DNA of 64,000 nt from an uncultured Poribacteria bacterium (GCA_951813565.1 OX638351.1:1600001-1664000), one strand, 5' to 3'; counted from the stretch's first letter, positions 32,116 through 43,054 are shown. The notes: generated from the letters alone by a model not told the origin. Program-made: numbers and translations.

Positions 32116-32757
32116 ATGACAAAATTAGAACAGATGCAACGTATTGAGGCATGCGGCATCGTTGCGATAATTCGCGCCAACAGTTCGAATGAATTGATTG
32201 AAGCGGCAGTGGCTATTCAAACTGGAGGTGTTGACGTTATTGAAATAACGATGACAACACCCGATGCGTTACGGGTGATCAGCGAAGTGTCAACCCGTTT
32301 AGGCGATGCTGTCTTAGTCGGTGTCGGATCGGTATTAGACGCTGAGACAGCCCGTGCAGCAATGCTCGCTGGCGCTGAATTCGTCGTCAGTCCCGTTACA
32401 AAGCCAGACGTAATAGAAATCTGCAATCGGTATGGCAAGGTTGTTATACCAGGGGCATTTACACCTACAGAGATTTTGACAGCATGGGAAACAGGCGCAG
32501 ATTATGTGAAAGTCTTCCCTTCAAGTGGAGTCGGTCCCGCCTACATCAAAGATATAAAAGCACCCCTTCCACAGATTCCACTTATTCCGACTGGCGGCAT
32601 CAATGCGGAAAATGCTGCTGAATTCATTAATGCTGGTGCATCAGCATTAGGTGTTGGCAGCTCACTTGTCAGTAATTCTCTAATCGAATCTGGGGACTTC
32701 GCGATGCTTACAGAAAGAGCGAAAATTTTGGTTGCTGCTGTTAAATCTGTCAAATGA
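32116..32757 (+). CDS. eda: KDPG/KHG aldolase
   Basis: IEITMTTP, GVGSVLD, GAEFVVSP, PGAFTPTE, VKVFP, PTGG. Confidence 0.9.
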   Translation: MTKLEQMQRIEACGIVAIIRANSSNELIEAAVAIQTGGVDVIEITMTTPDALRVISEVSTRLGDAVLVGVGSVLDAETARAAMLAGAEFVVSPVTKPDVIEICNRYGKVVIPGAFTPTEILTAWETGADYVKVFPSSGVGPAYIKDIKAPLPQIPLIPTGGINAENAAEFINAGASALGVGSSLVSNSLIESGDFAMLTERAKILVAAVKSVK

Positions 32758-33055
32758 AAGATAAACGAAAATAATACTATTAACGTCTGACAAATAATTT
32801 AGTCATGTTTGCGGTTAGACGTTACTTTTTTCGCAATTTAACGATACGCCGTCGATCTGTGATGTTCACTTACAAACTGCAATTTTCACTTACAAAACGC
32901 TCCTACCCAATTCTTTAAAACTTTAATTCATTAGACATTCCACATTAATACCGTTTTTACGTTGACAGTTGATTTTATTTTTGCTAATTTTTAAATAGAG
33001 ACAATAAACCCATAAAATTTTATTAAAAGCGGATATAACTTAGCGAATAATCGTT

Positions 33056-35047
33056 ATGAAGATTAACGAATTGATATTAGGAAAATATAGGTTGCTTGAG
33101 TATCTCAGCTCAGGCAGCTTTTCGTCTGTCTTTCGCGCGCACGAAGAAATGACGAACCGCATTGTTGCGATCAAAGCTCTCTCCAAGGATGCTTATCCTG
33201 CAGATAGGATGCGTTATCTTTTAACCGAGTTTCAAGCAATGTCAAATATATGGGGACATCCTAATATTGTCTCAATCCATACTGTTGAACCGGGTAAGGA
33301 CAACTATATTGCATGGATAGTGATGGAGTATATTGAAGGCGATAACCTACATCAACTCGTTCAACAAGGTGACTTAACCCTAAATGATGTTCTCAATATT
33401 GGCTTAGATATTTGCAACGGTTTAAAAGCTGCGCATGCTCACAATATCCTGCACCGGGATATTAAGCCACAAAATATATTGCTTACCCCCGAAAAAGAAG
33501 CGAAAATAGCGGATTTTAGTATCGCACGCATTTTTGGTGAAACAAGTAAATTTGCAGTTACTATGACTGGTACCCGACGCTATATGGCACCAGAACAACA
33601 CTTTGGTGCTTATGATTTCCGAGCTGATTTGTATGCTACAGGTTTAGTCCTTTATGAGGCACTCACAAAACAGTTTCCATTTGCGGGCGAAGCGGATGAA
33701 ATTGACAGGAAAAAAGCCTCAGGCGAAATAGAGAACCTTGAGAAATGCCCCGAGGAATTTCGTAATTTTTCGATGAAAGCACTCCATCGAGATGTGGATA
33801 AACGTTACCAAACGGCATCTGAAATGTACGAGGAGCTTGATCGAATTCGCCGCTGGCAATACGAACAGCAAGCCTCTATCCTGATTTCTGAGAGTTCTAA
33901 TTCCCCATCAACTGAATTGGCCGGAGCACTTGAACGTTGCCGAAAAACCTTCCGATTACAAATTGATACTGCCGAGCGAATTAACCAGAACCTCTTTTTT
34001 GAGATGCGTAGCAAAGTCGAAAAGGAAAATCGCGAAAAACTAAAGATTCGGACCATGCAGCACTATACTGAAGCGATTGAATATGCACGGAGCGGAGACA
34101 CAGATGAAACACTTCGGGAACTCCATAAGGCACACTCTCTCTGCTTAAAGGATGCAGAACTCGTCGCTCAAGCCGACACACTCTTAAAAGAGATGAGCAC
34201 AGTTTTACCACCTACAGATGCGCTGACGATCCACGAAATCGCTGAACTGATTAGGAAACTGCCTGAAGCGGAAAAGTTGAGTTTATTTTATGAATTAAAT
34301 ATTGATGAATCTCAGCTTGAACCGGAAGTTGAGATTAAGCCAGAATATGAGTTTGAGCCAGAAGAGGAAGAAAAAGAATTTGATACACAACTTGCCCCGA
34401 ACACCAAAGTGCAAACGAGCGGCAATTACCGCGTATTAATCGAAGAAGCTTCTCCGGAATTTTTATTGGACAAAGTTCACGAAGATATACAATATCCGCA
34501 TGAGGAAGAAGCGGCATATATTTATCAGCAAGCACAAATTTTTACACAACAAGAAAACATACGCCGATGCCTCATCCAATATAAGAGACTTGGTGCTTTT
34601 TACCATAGATATGCCAGACGTTTTATCAAAATGGACGAAATAGAACTCGTTGCAAATTGTTATACACGTGCACGTTTTGCTTACGCAGCAGCTAAAAAGC
34701 AACGGGACGCAAAGAAAAATGCAAGAAATGGAGCCGCGTACTACGTCCATCTGGCACGACAGTTAGAAATGCAGCGCGCATGGATAGAAGCGGGGAAATC
34801 TTATATCCTTGCTGCGGACAATTTTCGCTATGCGCAACTCATCCCAGATGTTGAAAAATGCGAATCTTCCGCAACTGTTTGCTATTTTAATGCTGCTGAA
34901 AGTGCTCATCTCAACGGTGATTTTCAAACTGCTTATGATTATTACATGCTAATTTTAGCGATTGGCGAAAGTTTGCCAAATCCTCCAAGGTCAGTACTTG
35001 AGGCACAAAAATTGCTCGACGAAATCCAGAAAGAGAATTACGGATAA
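33056..35047 (+). CDS. Hanks-type Ser/Thr protein kinase with C-terminal helical-repeat region
   Basis: SGSFSSV, VAIK, HRDIKPQN, DFS, GTRRYMAPE. Confidence 0.9.
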   Translation: MKINELILGKYRLLEYLSSGSFSSVFRAHEEMTNRIVAIKALSKDAYPADRMRYLLTEFQAMSNIWGHPNIVSIHTVEPGKDNYIAWIVMEYIEGDNLHQLVQQGDLTLNDVLNIGLDICNGLKAAHAHNILHRDIKPQNILLTPEKEAKIADFSIARIFGETSKFAVTMTGTRRYMAPEQHFGAYDFRADLYATGLVLYEALTKQFPFAGEADEIDRKKASGEIENLEKCPEEFRNFSMKALHRDVDKRYQTASEMYEELDRIRRWQYEQQASILISESSNSPSTELAGALERCRKTFRLQIDTAERINQNLFFEMRSKVEKENREKLKIRTMQHYTEAIEYARSGDTDETLRELHKAHSLCLKDAELVAQADTLLKEMSTVLPPTDALTIHEIAELIRKLPEAEKLSLFYELNIDESQLEPEVEIKPEYEFEPEEEEKEFDTQLAPNTKVQTSGNYRVLIEEASPEFLLDKVHEDIQYPHEEEAAYIYQQAQIFTQQENIRRCLIQYKRLGAFYHRYARRFIKMDEIELVANCYTRARFAYAAAKKQRDAKKNARNGAAYYVHLARQLEMQRAWIEAGKSYILAADNFRYAQLIPDVEKCESSATVCYFNAAESAHLNGDFQTAYDYYMLILAIGESLPNPPRSVLEAQKLLDEIQKENYG

Positions 35048-35396
35048 ACGCGAAGTTTTTAAGAATGCTTGGGCAAGGTATATCAATGCAGCCATCTGCA
35101 TTGATAGTGGGTTTTACAATTGATTTTATATTCTCATTTGGCACGGACAAAGTGTTCCACAGTTTTAAAGTCGCGACCTGGAGGCCGCTCCCGACAAATA
35201 CCAAACGCTTATTTGGCGTTGATTCACAGGAAGATACACAATGAATTGCGCGACGACAAACACACCAAATCTATAAAACAATGTAAAGGTAATTTTAGAT
35301 TTCACTATATGTTTATGAATGTGTGTTGATAATTTTTTTTGCGAACAGAGTTTATGGTGTCTCATTGATTCAGTTTTTACTATATGGTCGGATATA

Positions 35397-36404
35397 ATGG
35401 AAACCTATGACATTCTTGCGATTGGTCGGAGTTCCATAGACTTGTACTCTAATGATATAGGGAGTCCGTTTTCTGAAATTACAAGTTTTGGTGCATTCGT
35501 TGGCGGGTGTCCTACTAATATCAGTGTGGGGACACGTCGCCTCGGGCTACGGTCAGTTCTTCTCACAGCGGTTGGTGATGACCCAGTCGGAGAATTTCTA
35601 CTCAAATTTTTGAATGATGAAGGCGTTGAAACGCGTTTCATCGTCAACAAACCGGGGCACCGAACGAGTGCTGTTGTTCTTGGAATTGAGCCGCCTGACC
35701 GATTCCCACTCATCTATTACCGTGATAACTGCGCGGATATTGAACTCACAATTGATGACGTTATTGCGTCACCGATTGCAGAAAGCCGCGCCGTGTTGAT
35801 ATCCGGCACTGGTCTCAGTAAAGAACCGAGTCGTAGTGCTACTCTTTATGCAGCAGAGCAGGCAAAAGTCTTTGACCGAACGGTATTTTTGGATTTGGAT
35901 TTTCGCGCAGACCAATGGCATGACCCGCGTGCTTTCGGTGTGAGTGTCCGGTCTGTCTTGCGTAATGTTGACATCGCTATCGGGACTGAAGAGGAGATTA
36001 AAGCAGCATCCCTGACCGATGTCTCACACATGTCAATAGAACATTCTCAAATCTCAAATCCGAACATTGAAGGGGATATGGAAGCTGCCATCGCAACAAT
36101 TCTAAATACAGGGCCTGAGGCATTAGTAGTGAAGCGCGGCAGTGACGGAGCGGATATCTACTTAAAGCATGGAGAAGTCATTCATGCGCCTCCTTTTCCA
36201 GTTGAAATCTATAACACACTCGGAGCAGGTGATGCGTTTGCCAGCGGTTTTATTTATGGCATACTAAATGGATGGGATTGGCGAAAATCGGCTCGACTTG
36301 GTAATGTGACTGGGGCAATTGTTGTTACACGCCACGGATGCGCAAACTTTATGCCTACGATGGCAGAAGTCAAAACTTTTGTTGAACAACGTGGTGAACT
36401 TTAA
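35397..36404 (+). CDS. iolC: 5-dehydro-2-deoxygluconokinase
   Basis: PfkB family; GRSSIDLY, FPLIYYRDNCAD, GAGDAFASG; adjacent to iolD. Confidence 0.9.
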   Translation: METYDILAIGRSSIDLYSNDIGSPFSEITSFGAFVGGCPTNISVGTRRLGLRSVLLTAVGDDPVGEFLLKFLNDEGVETRFIVNKPGHRTSAVVLGIEPPDRFPLIYYRDNCADIELTIDDVIASPIAESRAVLISGTGLSKEPSRSATLYAAEQAKVFDRTVFLDLDFRADQWHDPRAFGVSVRSVLRNVDIAIGTEEEIKAASLTDVSHMSIEHSQISNPNIEGDMEAAIATILNTGPEALVVKRGSDGADIYLKHGEVIHAPPFPVEIYNTLGAGDAFASGFIYGILNGWDWRKSARLGNVTGAIVVTRHGCANFMPTMAEVKTFVEQRGEL

Positions 36405-36448
36405 CTCATTCAAATGTTCTGTGGAATATAGAACAGAGGATTTTTAAA

Positions 36449-38317
36449 ATGAAAAATCGAGAATTAACTATGGGGCAAGCCATAGTACAATTTCTTAAGC
36501 AGCAATATGTTGAACGTGATGGAATTGAAAGGGCTTTTTTTGCAGGTATGTTTGGTATCTTTGGACATGGAAACGTGGCAGGGATTGGGCAAGCACTGCA
36601 CCAATACTCCGATGTGTTCCGTTTTTATCAGACGCGCAATGAACAATCTATGGTACATACTGCTGCAGCTTATGCCAAGATGTCTAACCGCCTCAGCACC
36701 TTTGCTTGTACCTCTTCTATCGGGCCGGGGGCAACTAACATGCTCACTGGTGCTGCAGGGGCGACAATTAACCGATTACCTGTGCTATTATTGCCGGGAG
36801 ATATTTTTTCAACGCGTTTAGTCGCACCTGTTTTACAGCAGTTGGAATCTCCCAATTCACAAGACTTTTCGGTCAATGATTGTTTCAAACCGGTTTCTCG
36901 CTACTGGGACCGCATCAACCGTCCTGAGCAGATTATCACTGCACTGCCAGAGGCGATGCGTGTGCTCACTTCACAAGCTGAAACAGGAACCGTGACGTTA
37001 GCCTTACCACAAGATGTCCAAGCGGAAGCATTCCCTTATCCTGAACAACTCTTTGAAAAACGGGTTTATACTATTGCAAGACCTCGTGCAGATGCGCATC
37101 TGCTAAACCGCGCTGTAGAATGGATTTCAAATAGCGAAAGACCATTAATCATTGCAGGCGGCGGTGTTATCTATAGCGAGGCAACTGAACAGTTAGCAAA
37201 ATTTGCTGAGCAAACCGGCATCCCTGTCGGTGAAACCTTTGCAGGTAAAGGTTCATTACGGTATGACCATCCACAAAACCTTGGGGCAATTGGTGCTACT
37301 GGCACACCTGGTGCAAACATCGCTGCGCGTGAAGCAGATTTAGTCATTGCCATTGGAACGCGATTGAGCGACTTCACAACTGCGTCTAAAACCGCTTTTC
37401 AAAATCCGAATGTTCGGTTTATCACTATTAATATTGCGGAGTTTGATGCTGCGAAACACGCAGCCCTACCGTTAGTTGCAGACGCTCGTGTCACACTGTC
37501 TGAATTATCAGATGCTATCGGAACGTATCAAATTAATACTGATTACGCAACACAGATTGAAAATTACCGAGATGCGTGGGAAGAAGAAGTGGAAAGGCTT
37601 TTCCATCTTGATCATCAACCGTTGCCGAGTCAGAGTGAAGTTATCGGAGTTGTTAATGAATTTTCGCGTCCTGAAGATGTCGTTGTCTGTGCTGCGGGAA
37701 GCCTGCCCGGCGATCTCCACAAACTGTGGCGTACGCGTAACCCGAAACAATTCCATCTGGAATACGGCTACTCCTGTATGGGATATGAAATCGCTGGCGG
37801 ATTAGGCATTAAAATGGCTGACCCTACGCGCGACGTCTATGTACTTGTCGGCGATGGCTCATATCTCATGTTAGCACAAGAAATCATCACATCAATTCAG
37901 GAAGGCTATAAGTTTATTATTGTGCTTATCAATAACGATGGACACAGCAGTATTGGCGGATTGTCGCAGGCAACAGGTGCACAAGGTTTTGCTACACGAT
38001 TCCGATACCGTGATGATGACACCGGAGAATTGAAGGGAGATATTTTGCCCGTTGACCTTGCCGCGAATGCAGAGAGTCTTGGTGCTAACGTCATTGAGGC
38101 AACAACGACGCAAAGTTTAAAGGCTGCACTACAGGAAGCGCGAGATAGTGATAGAACAGCCGTCGTCAAAATTGATGTCCATTTTGACGTGCGGGTTCCA
38201 CAGTACGAATCGTGGTGGGATGTGCCTGTGGCAGAAGTTTCAGAGGTAGACTCTGCAAAACAAGCATTTCAAGAGTATAAAGAAGCAAAGCAGAAAGAGC
38301 GATATTTCCTCGGTTAG
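36449..38317 (+). CDS. iolD: 3D-(3,5/4)-trihydroxycyclohexane-1,2-dione acylhydrolase
   Basis: GIFGHGNVAG, TSSIGPGATN, HLEYGYSCMGYE, GDGSY, WWDVPV. Confidence 0.95.
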   Translation: MKNRELTMGQAIVQFLKQQYVERDGIERAFFAGMFGIFGHGNVAGIGQALHQYSDVFRFYQTRNEQSMVHTAAAYAKMSNRLSTFACTSSIGPGATNMLTGAAGATINRLPVLLLPGDIFSTRLVAPVLQQLESPNSQDFSVNDCFKPVSRYWDRINRPEQIITALPEAMRVLTSQAETGTVTLALPQDVQAEAFPYPEQLFEKRVYTIARPRADAHLLNRAVEWISNSERPLIIAGGGVIYSEATEQLAKFAEQTGIPVGETFAGKGSLRYDHPQNLGAIGATGTPGANIAAREADLVIAIGTRLSDFTTASKTAFQNPNVRFITINIAEFDAAKHAALPLVADARVTLSELSDAIGTYQINTDYATQIENYRDAWEEEVERLFHLDHQPLPSQSEVIGVVNEFSRPEDVVVCAAGSLPGDLHKLWRTRNPKQFHLEYGYSCMGYEIAGGLGIKMADPTRDVYVLVGDGSYLMLAQEIITSIQEGYKFIIVLINNDGHSSIGGLSQATGAQGFATRFRYRDDDTGELKGDILPVDLAANAESLGANVIEATTTQSLKAALQEARDSDRTAVVKIDVHFDVRVPQYESWWDVPVAEVSEVDSAKQAFQEYKEAKQKERYFLG

Positions 38318-38357
38318 GTTTACTTTTGTAATCTATCTCTTTGAATTTGCAGTGTTT

Positions 38358-38417
38358 GTAGTCGCGCAATTCATTGCGCCTCTTATCTTCTTGTAGGAGC
38401 GAGCTCCAGCTCGCGAC
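38358..38417 (+). repeat. Two adjacent GTAG REP hairpins of different families
   Basis: GTAGTCGCGCAATTCATTGCGCC then GTAGGAGCGAGCTCCAGCTCGCGAC. Confidence 0.75.
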
Positions 38418-38533
38418 TTGTGGTCAAAACTGTAGGAGACTTGGTAAACACACCGAACGACAGTATCCCATTAATTGTAAAATCTACTATAATTATAACT
38501 TAGCCAAAATCTCAACAAGGAGAATCCAACTCT

Positions 38534-38773
38534 ATGAAATCATCAGAACTATTATCCAAACTTAAAGAAGGTGAAGCCATTCCGTGCGACAACTGCGATG
38601 GCACAATTCCAGCTGACGAGATGATGCGTTTCGTCTTTAAATTAGGAAAACTCGCGCCACGCATGGAAAACACAAATGTTGGCGACATCACTTGTGTCCA
38701 ATGCCAAGTAGACGATCCTGATATTAAGATTACACCGCGTGGACCTGACGTCAAATTTGTACGCGGTGATTAA
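38534..38773 (+). CDS. Small protein with two CxxC motifs (possible zinc ribbon)
   Basis: AAGGAG RBS; CDNC...CVQC. Confidence 0.7.
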   Translation: MKSSELLSKLKEGEAIPCDNCDGTIPADEMMRFVFKLGKLAPRMENTNVGDITCVQCQVDDPDIKITPRGPDVKFVRGD

Positions 38774-39172
38774 CTTAAATGAGTATTGGAAGTTTAGGAA
38801 CACCTCCCACCATCTTTGTGGAATTGTTGTTAAACTATTTGTAGGTAAAGATATTAGTCTATGATAAAAAGAAAATATATCGTAAATCATTATGGATTCA
38901 GCTATTGCTTTTGTGCATTGTAAGTCTGTTTGTTTACGCAGAAGATGCAGAGGAATGGATACCCGATGCAAACTTGCAGCAAACAGTGAGCGAGGCTTTA
39001 GAACTAACAGCAGATGAACCTTTGACAAAAGAAAAAATGCTGCAACTAACGAAATTGCATGCGTGAAAAAAAGGCGTTGTGAATATACAAGGATTAGAAT
39101 TTGCAGTAAACCTGACTGAGCTTGAGTTAGCCGGTAACCCCATAAAGAATATCAGTCCTCTTCAAGGTCTAA

Positions 39173-39575
39173 TACCAAATTAACGGGATTTATCGCATTT
39201 TCCGGACGGTAGGTGCGGTTTCCTAACCGCTCCATAACTGTCAATTTAAGAAAAAAAGCGTTTGTAGTCGTGCAATTCATTGCCAAATCAACGCCAAGCG
39301 CACTTGGGCGAATACGCGTGGTATTCGCCATGACTTGTCGCCTCGGACATTCTGTAGGAGCGAGCTCCAGCTCGCGACCGGGAGGTCGCTCCTACAGAAG
39401 AAAATCGGGGTTGAAAACCCGACAAATGCCAAAAAGCGCATTTGGCGTTGATTTGGCAGCATGCCAAACGCGCATGCTGCGTTGATTCACTCCCACAAGA
39501 GGGTATATCCTTAAATTGACGCATAAGGTACGTTTTCCTAACTGCTCCATAAATATGAATCAAGTTAATGTGGTA
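39173..39575. mobile_element. 403-bp nested composite MITE/REP element with TAA target duplication
   Basis: TAA|TACCAAATTAAC...GTTAATGTGGTA|TAA; removal restores ...QGL-INLTHLGL... LRR frame. Confidence 0.85.
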
Positions 39576-40007
39576 TAATCAACCTGACGCACCTCGGTCT
39601 CGGTTCTACCAACCTGTCAGATTTATCGCCATTAGCATCTCTGACAGCCCTTATAGACTTGGATTTAGGAGACAATCAGATCTCAGATTTATCGCCACTC
39701 TCCGAACTAAAATCTCTTACAAAATTGGATTTACAGTACAATCAAATCTCAGATTTATCACCATTAGTTGATCTGAAAGCCTTGAAAGATATAAACTTGA
39801 TAAATAACCCGATCAGCAATTTAGGTCCACTTTCAAATCTCACAAATTTAGAAGTATTGGATATCGCTTATTGTAGAGTTTCTGATGTGTCTCCGCTTGT
39901 GGGTCTTGAGAAACTTCCGATATTAGTAATGCACAGCGCATTGCGTGCCGTAGTCCGAGAGGAACTTCGTTTATCTAATGTAGTGCCCTTGACCAAAGAC
40001 AATATTA

Positions 40008-40915
40008 TAGTAGATCCTAAAAATAAGTTTACATTTTCTGAGATTTATGTTAGCGTTTATGATTATGGCATATTCAACAGATCTACGTAAAAGCGTCCTT
40101 GATTTCATCAATAATGGTGGGAGTAAAACCGCTGCTAAACGCACCTTCGGTGTCTCAAGAAGGACAATCTATAACTGGTTAGAAGCAGAAGACCCCTTTG
40201 CCTATAAGAAGCCGGGTCCCAAAGGACCCCGACACATTGATTATGATGCGCTTCAACAACATATTGCCGATTTTCCCGATAGCACACTCGCCGAACGTGC
40301 CAAACACTTCGGTGTTTCAACAAACGGCATCTTTTATGCCTTGGCAAAACTCAATATCACGCGAAAAAAAAGACCACGACCTACAAAGAACAGTGTCCGA
40401 TAAAACGCCAAGAGTATCTCTCGGCACTACAACAAGAGACACACGAGCAAGGCAAAAAACCGGTTCATCTTGACGAAAGTGGTTTCACCGAAACCGATTT
40501 CCGTCGGTATGCTTATGCCCCAAAAGGTGTCCGTGTTGAAGATAAAGTGCCGAGCCATCGGTATACCACCACGACCTTGATTGCCGCACGGCTTGATGGA
40601 TGTTTCACAGCACCTGTGCTTTTCAAAGGTAGTTGCGATGCGGTTGCCTTCAACGCTTGGCTTTCGGAGATGTTATGTCCTTTGCTTGACGATAGCCACG
40701 TTGTGATTATGGATAATGCCTCTTTCCACAAAGGTTCACAAACAGAAGCATTGATCCGGGAATGCGGTGCGAGTTTGTTGTTTTTACCGCCATATTCCCC
40801 GGAGTTGAATCCGATTGAGAAGGATTTCGCTAACATCAAGCGGATACGTCAATACAACGCTGAGACCTCTATTGACGATATTATAAAAGTGTCCAAGTAA
40901 TTACAGGTTTTACTA
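40008..40915 (+). mobile_element. IS630-family insertion sequence
   Basis: TA duplication (40006-7 / 40916-7), imperfect TIRs TAGTAGATCCT / TAGTAAAACCT; removal restores DN-IKDLSPL LRR frame. Confidence 0.9.
40065..40900 (+). CDS. IS630 transposase split by a probable programmed -1 frameshift
   Basis: MAYSTDLR HTH ORF; A8G at 40364-40372; then HLDESGF, VIMDNASFHK, LPPYSPELNPIE DDE motifs. Confidence 0.88.
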
Positions 40916-41326
40916 TAAAGACTTAAGTCCACTTGCAGAACTGAAAAAACTCCGACATTTGAATCTTTCAGATAACAGTATTAAAGACTTAAGTCCGCTT
41001 ACGGGACTTACGAATTTGGAGGAGTTGTGGATTGAGAACAATCCGGCAACTGATTTCAGTCCGTTGACTGCTTTGAATCTTACAGACTTTCTATCCGATA
41101 TGGATGTAAATGATGATGGCGTTGTGAATATTTTGGATTTGGTTGCTATTGCGAATGCGTTTGGTAAAGCAGAACCTGATCTGAATGGTGATGGTGTTGT
41201 GAATATTCAAGATTTGGTTATTGTCGCAAATGCTTTTTGAGGGCAAGTTTGTTCATAATCTTTGTCTACAGCGCGATTAGTTTCAATTAGTGTTGGTACA
41301 TACTTTGCATCTGAAGGGGAATCCGT

Positions 41327-42064
41327 ATGTCGGAACAAATTGTTGGTAGAAATCCGGTTATGGAAGCACTTCGGAGTGGTGTGCGGCAGATAGAAAAAAT
41401 CTTGATTGTACAAGGCAGTGAACATTCTCGTCTCCGACAGATAATTGCTGCTGCTGACCGTAAAGGTATCCCTTACCAACGTTGTCCAAGGCATCATTTA
41501 GATAGATTGCACCCGAATCATCAAGGTGTGATCGCCTATATCAGTGAGTTTCGCTATACAGAACTGTCAACGCTTCTGAAAAAAATTGGAAATAAAAAAG
41601 ATGTACCTGCTATCTTAATTATGTTAGATCAGGTTCAGGATCCAAGAAATTTAGGTGCGATTCTACGGACTGCTAATGCAACGGATACGGATGGGGTACT
41701 AATACCCAAAAACAACGCCGCTGAGATTACGGCTGCAGTCCACAAAGCATCTGCAGGTAGCACAGAATGGACACCGATTACGAAGGTAACAAACTTGGCC
41801 CAAACCATTGAAAAACTAAAGTCAGTTGGGGTGTGGGTCGTTGGCACTGCTGAGGAGGCGGAACTTACATATACCGCTGCAGACTTTACAGTGCCGTTGT
41901 GCATTGTTTTGGGAAACGAGGGGGAAGGAATTCGGAGGCTCGTAAAACAGAAATGTGATTATCTCGTGCATCTACCTATGTTAGGTCAAATTCGTTCGCT
42001 GAACGTATCTGTTACGGCGGGGGTGCTGTTATACGAGGTTCTTCGGCAACGCAGTGTTAAATAA
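41327..42064 (+). CDS. rlmB: 23S rRNA Gm2251 methyltransferase (TrmH/SpoU family)
   Basis: GRNPVMEAL, HQGV, DPRNLGAILR, GNEGEG, SLNVSV. Confidence 0.9.
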   Translation: MSEQIVGRNPVMEALRSGVRQIEKILIVQGSEHSRLRQIIAAADRKGIPYQRCPRHHLDRLHPNHQGVIAYISEFRYTELSTLLKKIGNKKDVPAILIMLDQVQDPRNLGAILRTANATDTDGVLIPKNNAAEITAAVHKASAGSTEWTPITKVTNLAQTIEKLKSVGVWVVGTAEEAELTYTAADFTVPLCIVLGNEGEGIRRLVKQKCDYLVHLPMLGQIRSLNVSVTAGVLLYEVLRQRSVK

Positions 42065-42806
42065 CACCTTCCTCTTTTAAACTGTAAAAGATACCATCAC
42101 CGATAATGATGTGATCTAACACTTTGATGCCGACGTAGTTTCCGGCTTCAATCAATTGCTTTGTCGCACGGATATCCTCTTGGCTCGGCTGTGGATCACC
42201 AGATGGATGGTTATGCGCAAGCACAATAGAGTTTGCGGATTCCTCAATAGCAAATCGAAAAATTTCACGCGGATGAAAAACGCTCGCGTTTAACGTGCCT
42301 TCAAACACTGTATCTTCAGAAAGTAGTTTTTTGCCCCACTGAATCTCGTTATTGGCATCACCCGCAATGCCTTGCGTTGTGACGCCGCCTTTGGTGTCAA
42401 GGCACATCACACAAACGACTTCCTTTCGGAGGTCGCGCATAAGTGGCATTAATAGACCGGCAACATCGCTGGGGGAGGAAATTTTGACTCGGTCAGCATG
42501 TGAACGGGCTAAACGGCGTCCTAATTCAAATGCAGCGACCAGTTGTGCAGCTTTGGCTGCGCCAACACCTTTAATGGACTCAAACTGCTTTGGTCGGTTT
42601 TCTGCCATCCGCTTGAGATCGTTATTATATTCAGTCAATATCTGTTCACCAAGTTGGACAGCAGTAGTGCCTTTGAAACCGCTTTTGAGAATAAGCGCGA
42701 GAAGTTCTGAGGTTTTCAAATGTGAAGGACCGTGTTTATAAAGCCGTTCACGAGGACGTTCATCTTCGGGTAGGTCTTTGATTCGCAATCTGTCAACGGA
42801 ATACAT
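42057..42806 (-). CDS. radC: RadC/JAB-domain protein
   Basis: ERPRERL, FHPREIF, AHNHPSGDPQPSQED, LDHIIIG. Confidence 0.93.
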   Translation of the reverse strand: MYSVDRLRIKDLPEDERPRERLYKHGPSHLKTSELLALILKSGFKGTTAVQLGEQILTEYNNDLKRMAENRPKQFESIKGVGAAKAAQLVAAFELGRRLARSHADRVKISSPSDVAGLLMPLMRDLRKEVVCVMCLDTKGGVTTQGIAGDANNEIQWGKKLLSEDTVFEGTLNASVFHPREIFRFAIEESANSIVLAHNHPSGDPQPSQEDIRATKQLIEAGNYVGIKVLDHIIIGDGIFYSLKEEGVI

Positions 42807-43025
42807 CTCATACCTTTCAATTAAGAGTTAACATTCTATCTTGGTTTAAAGTATAGTCAGTTTTGATAATAAAGGCAAGCAAAATTAAAGAGTACTTTAT
42901 TGTCAGCGAAGTAATGAAATTTAAAATAATTCGGAAAAAGCCATTTTTTCTGCCAAAAAACTTAACATTCGCCAAATTTGAAGGCATAATAACGTAAATC
43001 GACTGAAGTTGTTGGTTGAATAAAT

Positions 43026-43054
43026 TTGACAATTTTTGTGCAATTTTATACAAT
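43026..43054 (+). promoter_or_regulatory. Sigma-70 promoter
   Basis: TTGACA-N17-TACAAT. Confidence 0.65.

Larger units (their letters stand above)
38861..41240 (+). pseudogene. Secreted internalin-like LRR protein with C-terminal dockerin-like domain, disrupted four times
   Basis: WIPDANL..., SDLSPL LRRs, DVNDDGVVNILDLV dockerin. Lesions: frameshift near 38870, in-frame TGA at 39064, MITE 39173-39575, IS630 40008-40915. Confidence 0.85.

Noticed and set aside
39064..39066. In-frame TGA as selenocysteine or recoding
   Set aside because: The gene has several other lesions, and TGA is a normal stop elsewhere in the window
42057..42806. radC as a marker of a mobile element
   Set aside because: Full-length chromosomal type (N-terminal HhH + JAB) next to rlmB, with no mobility genes
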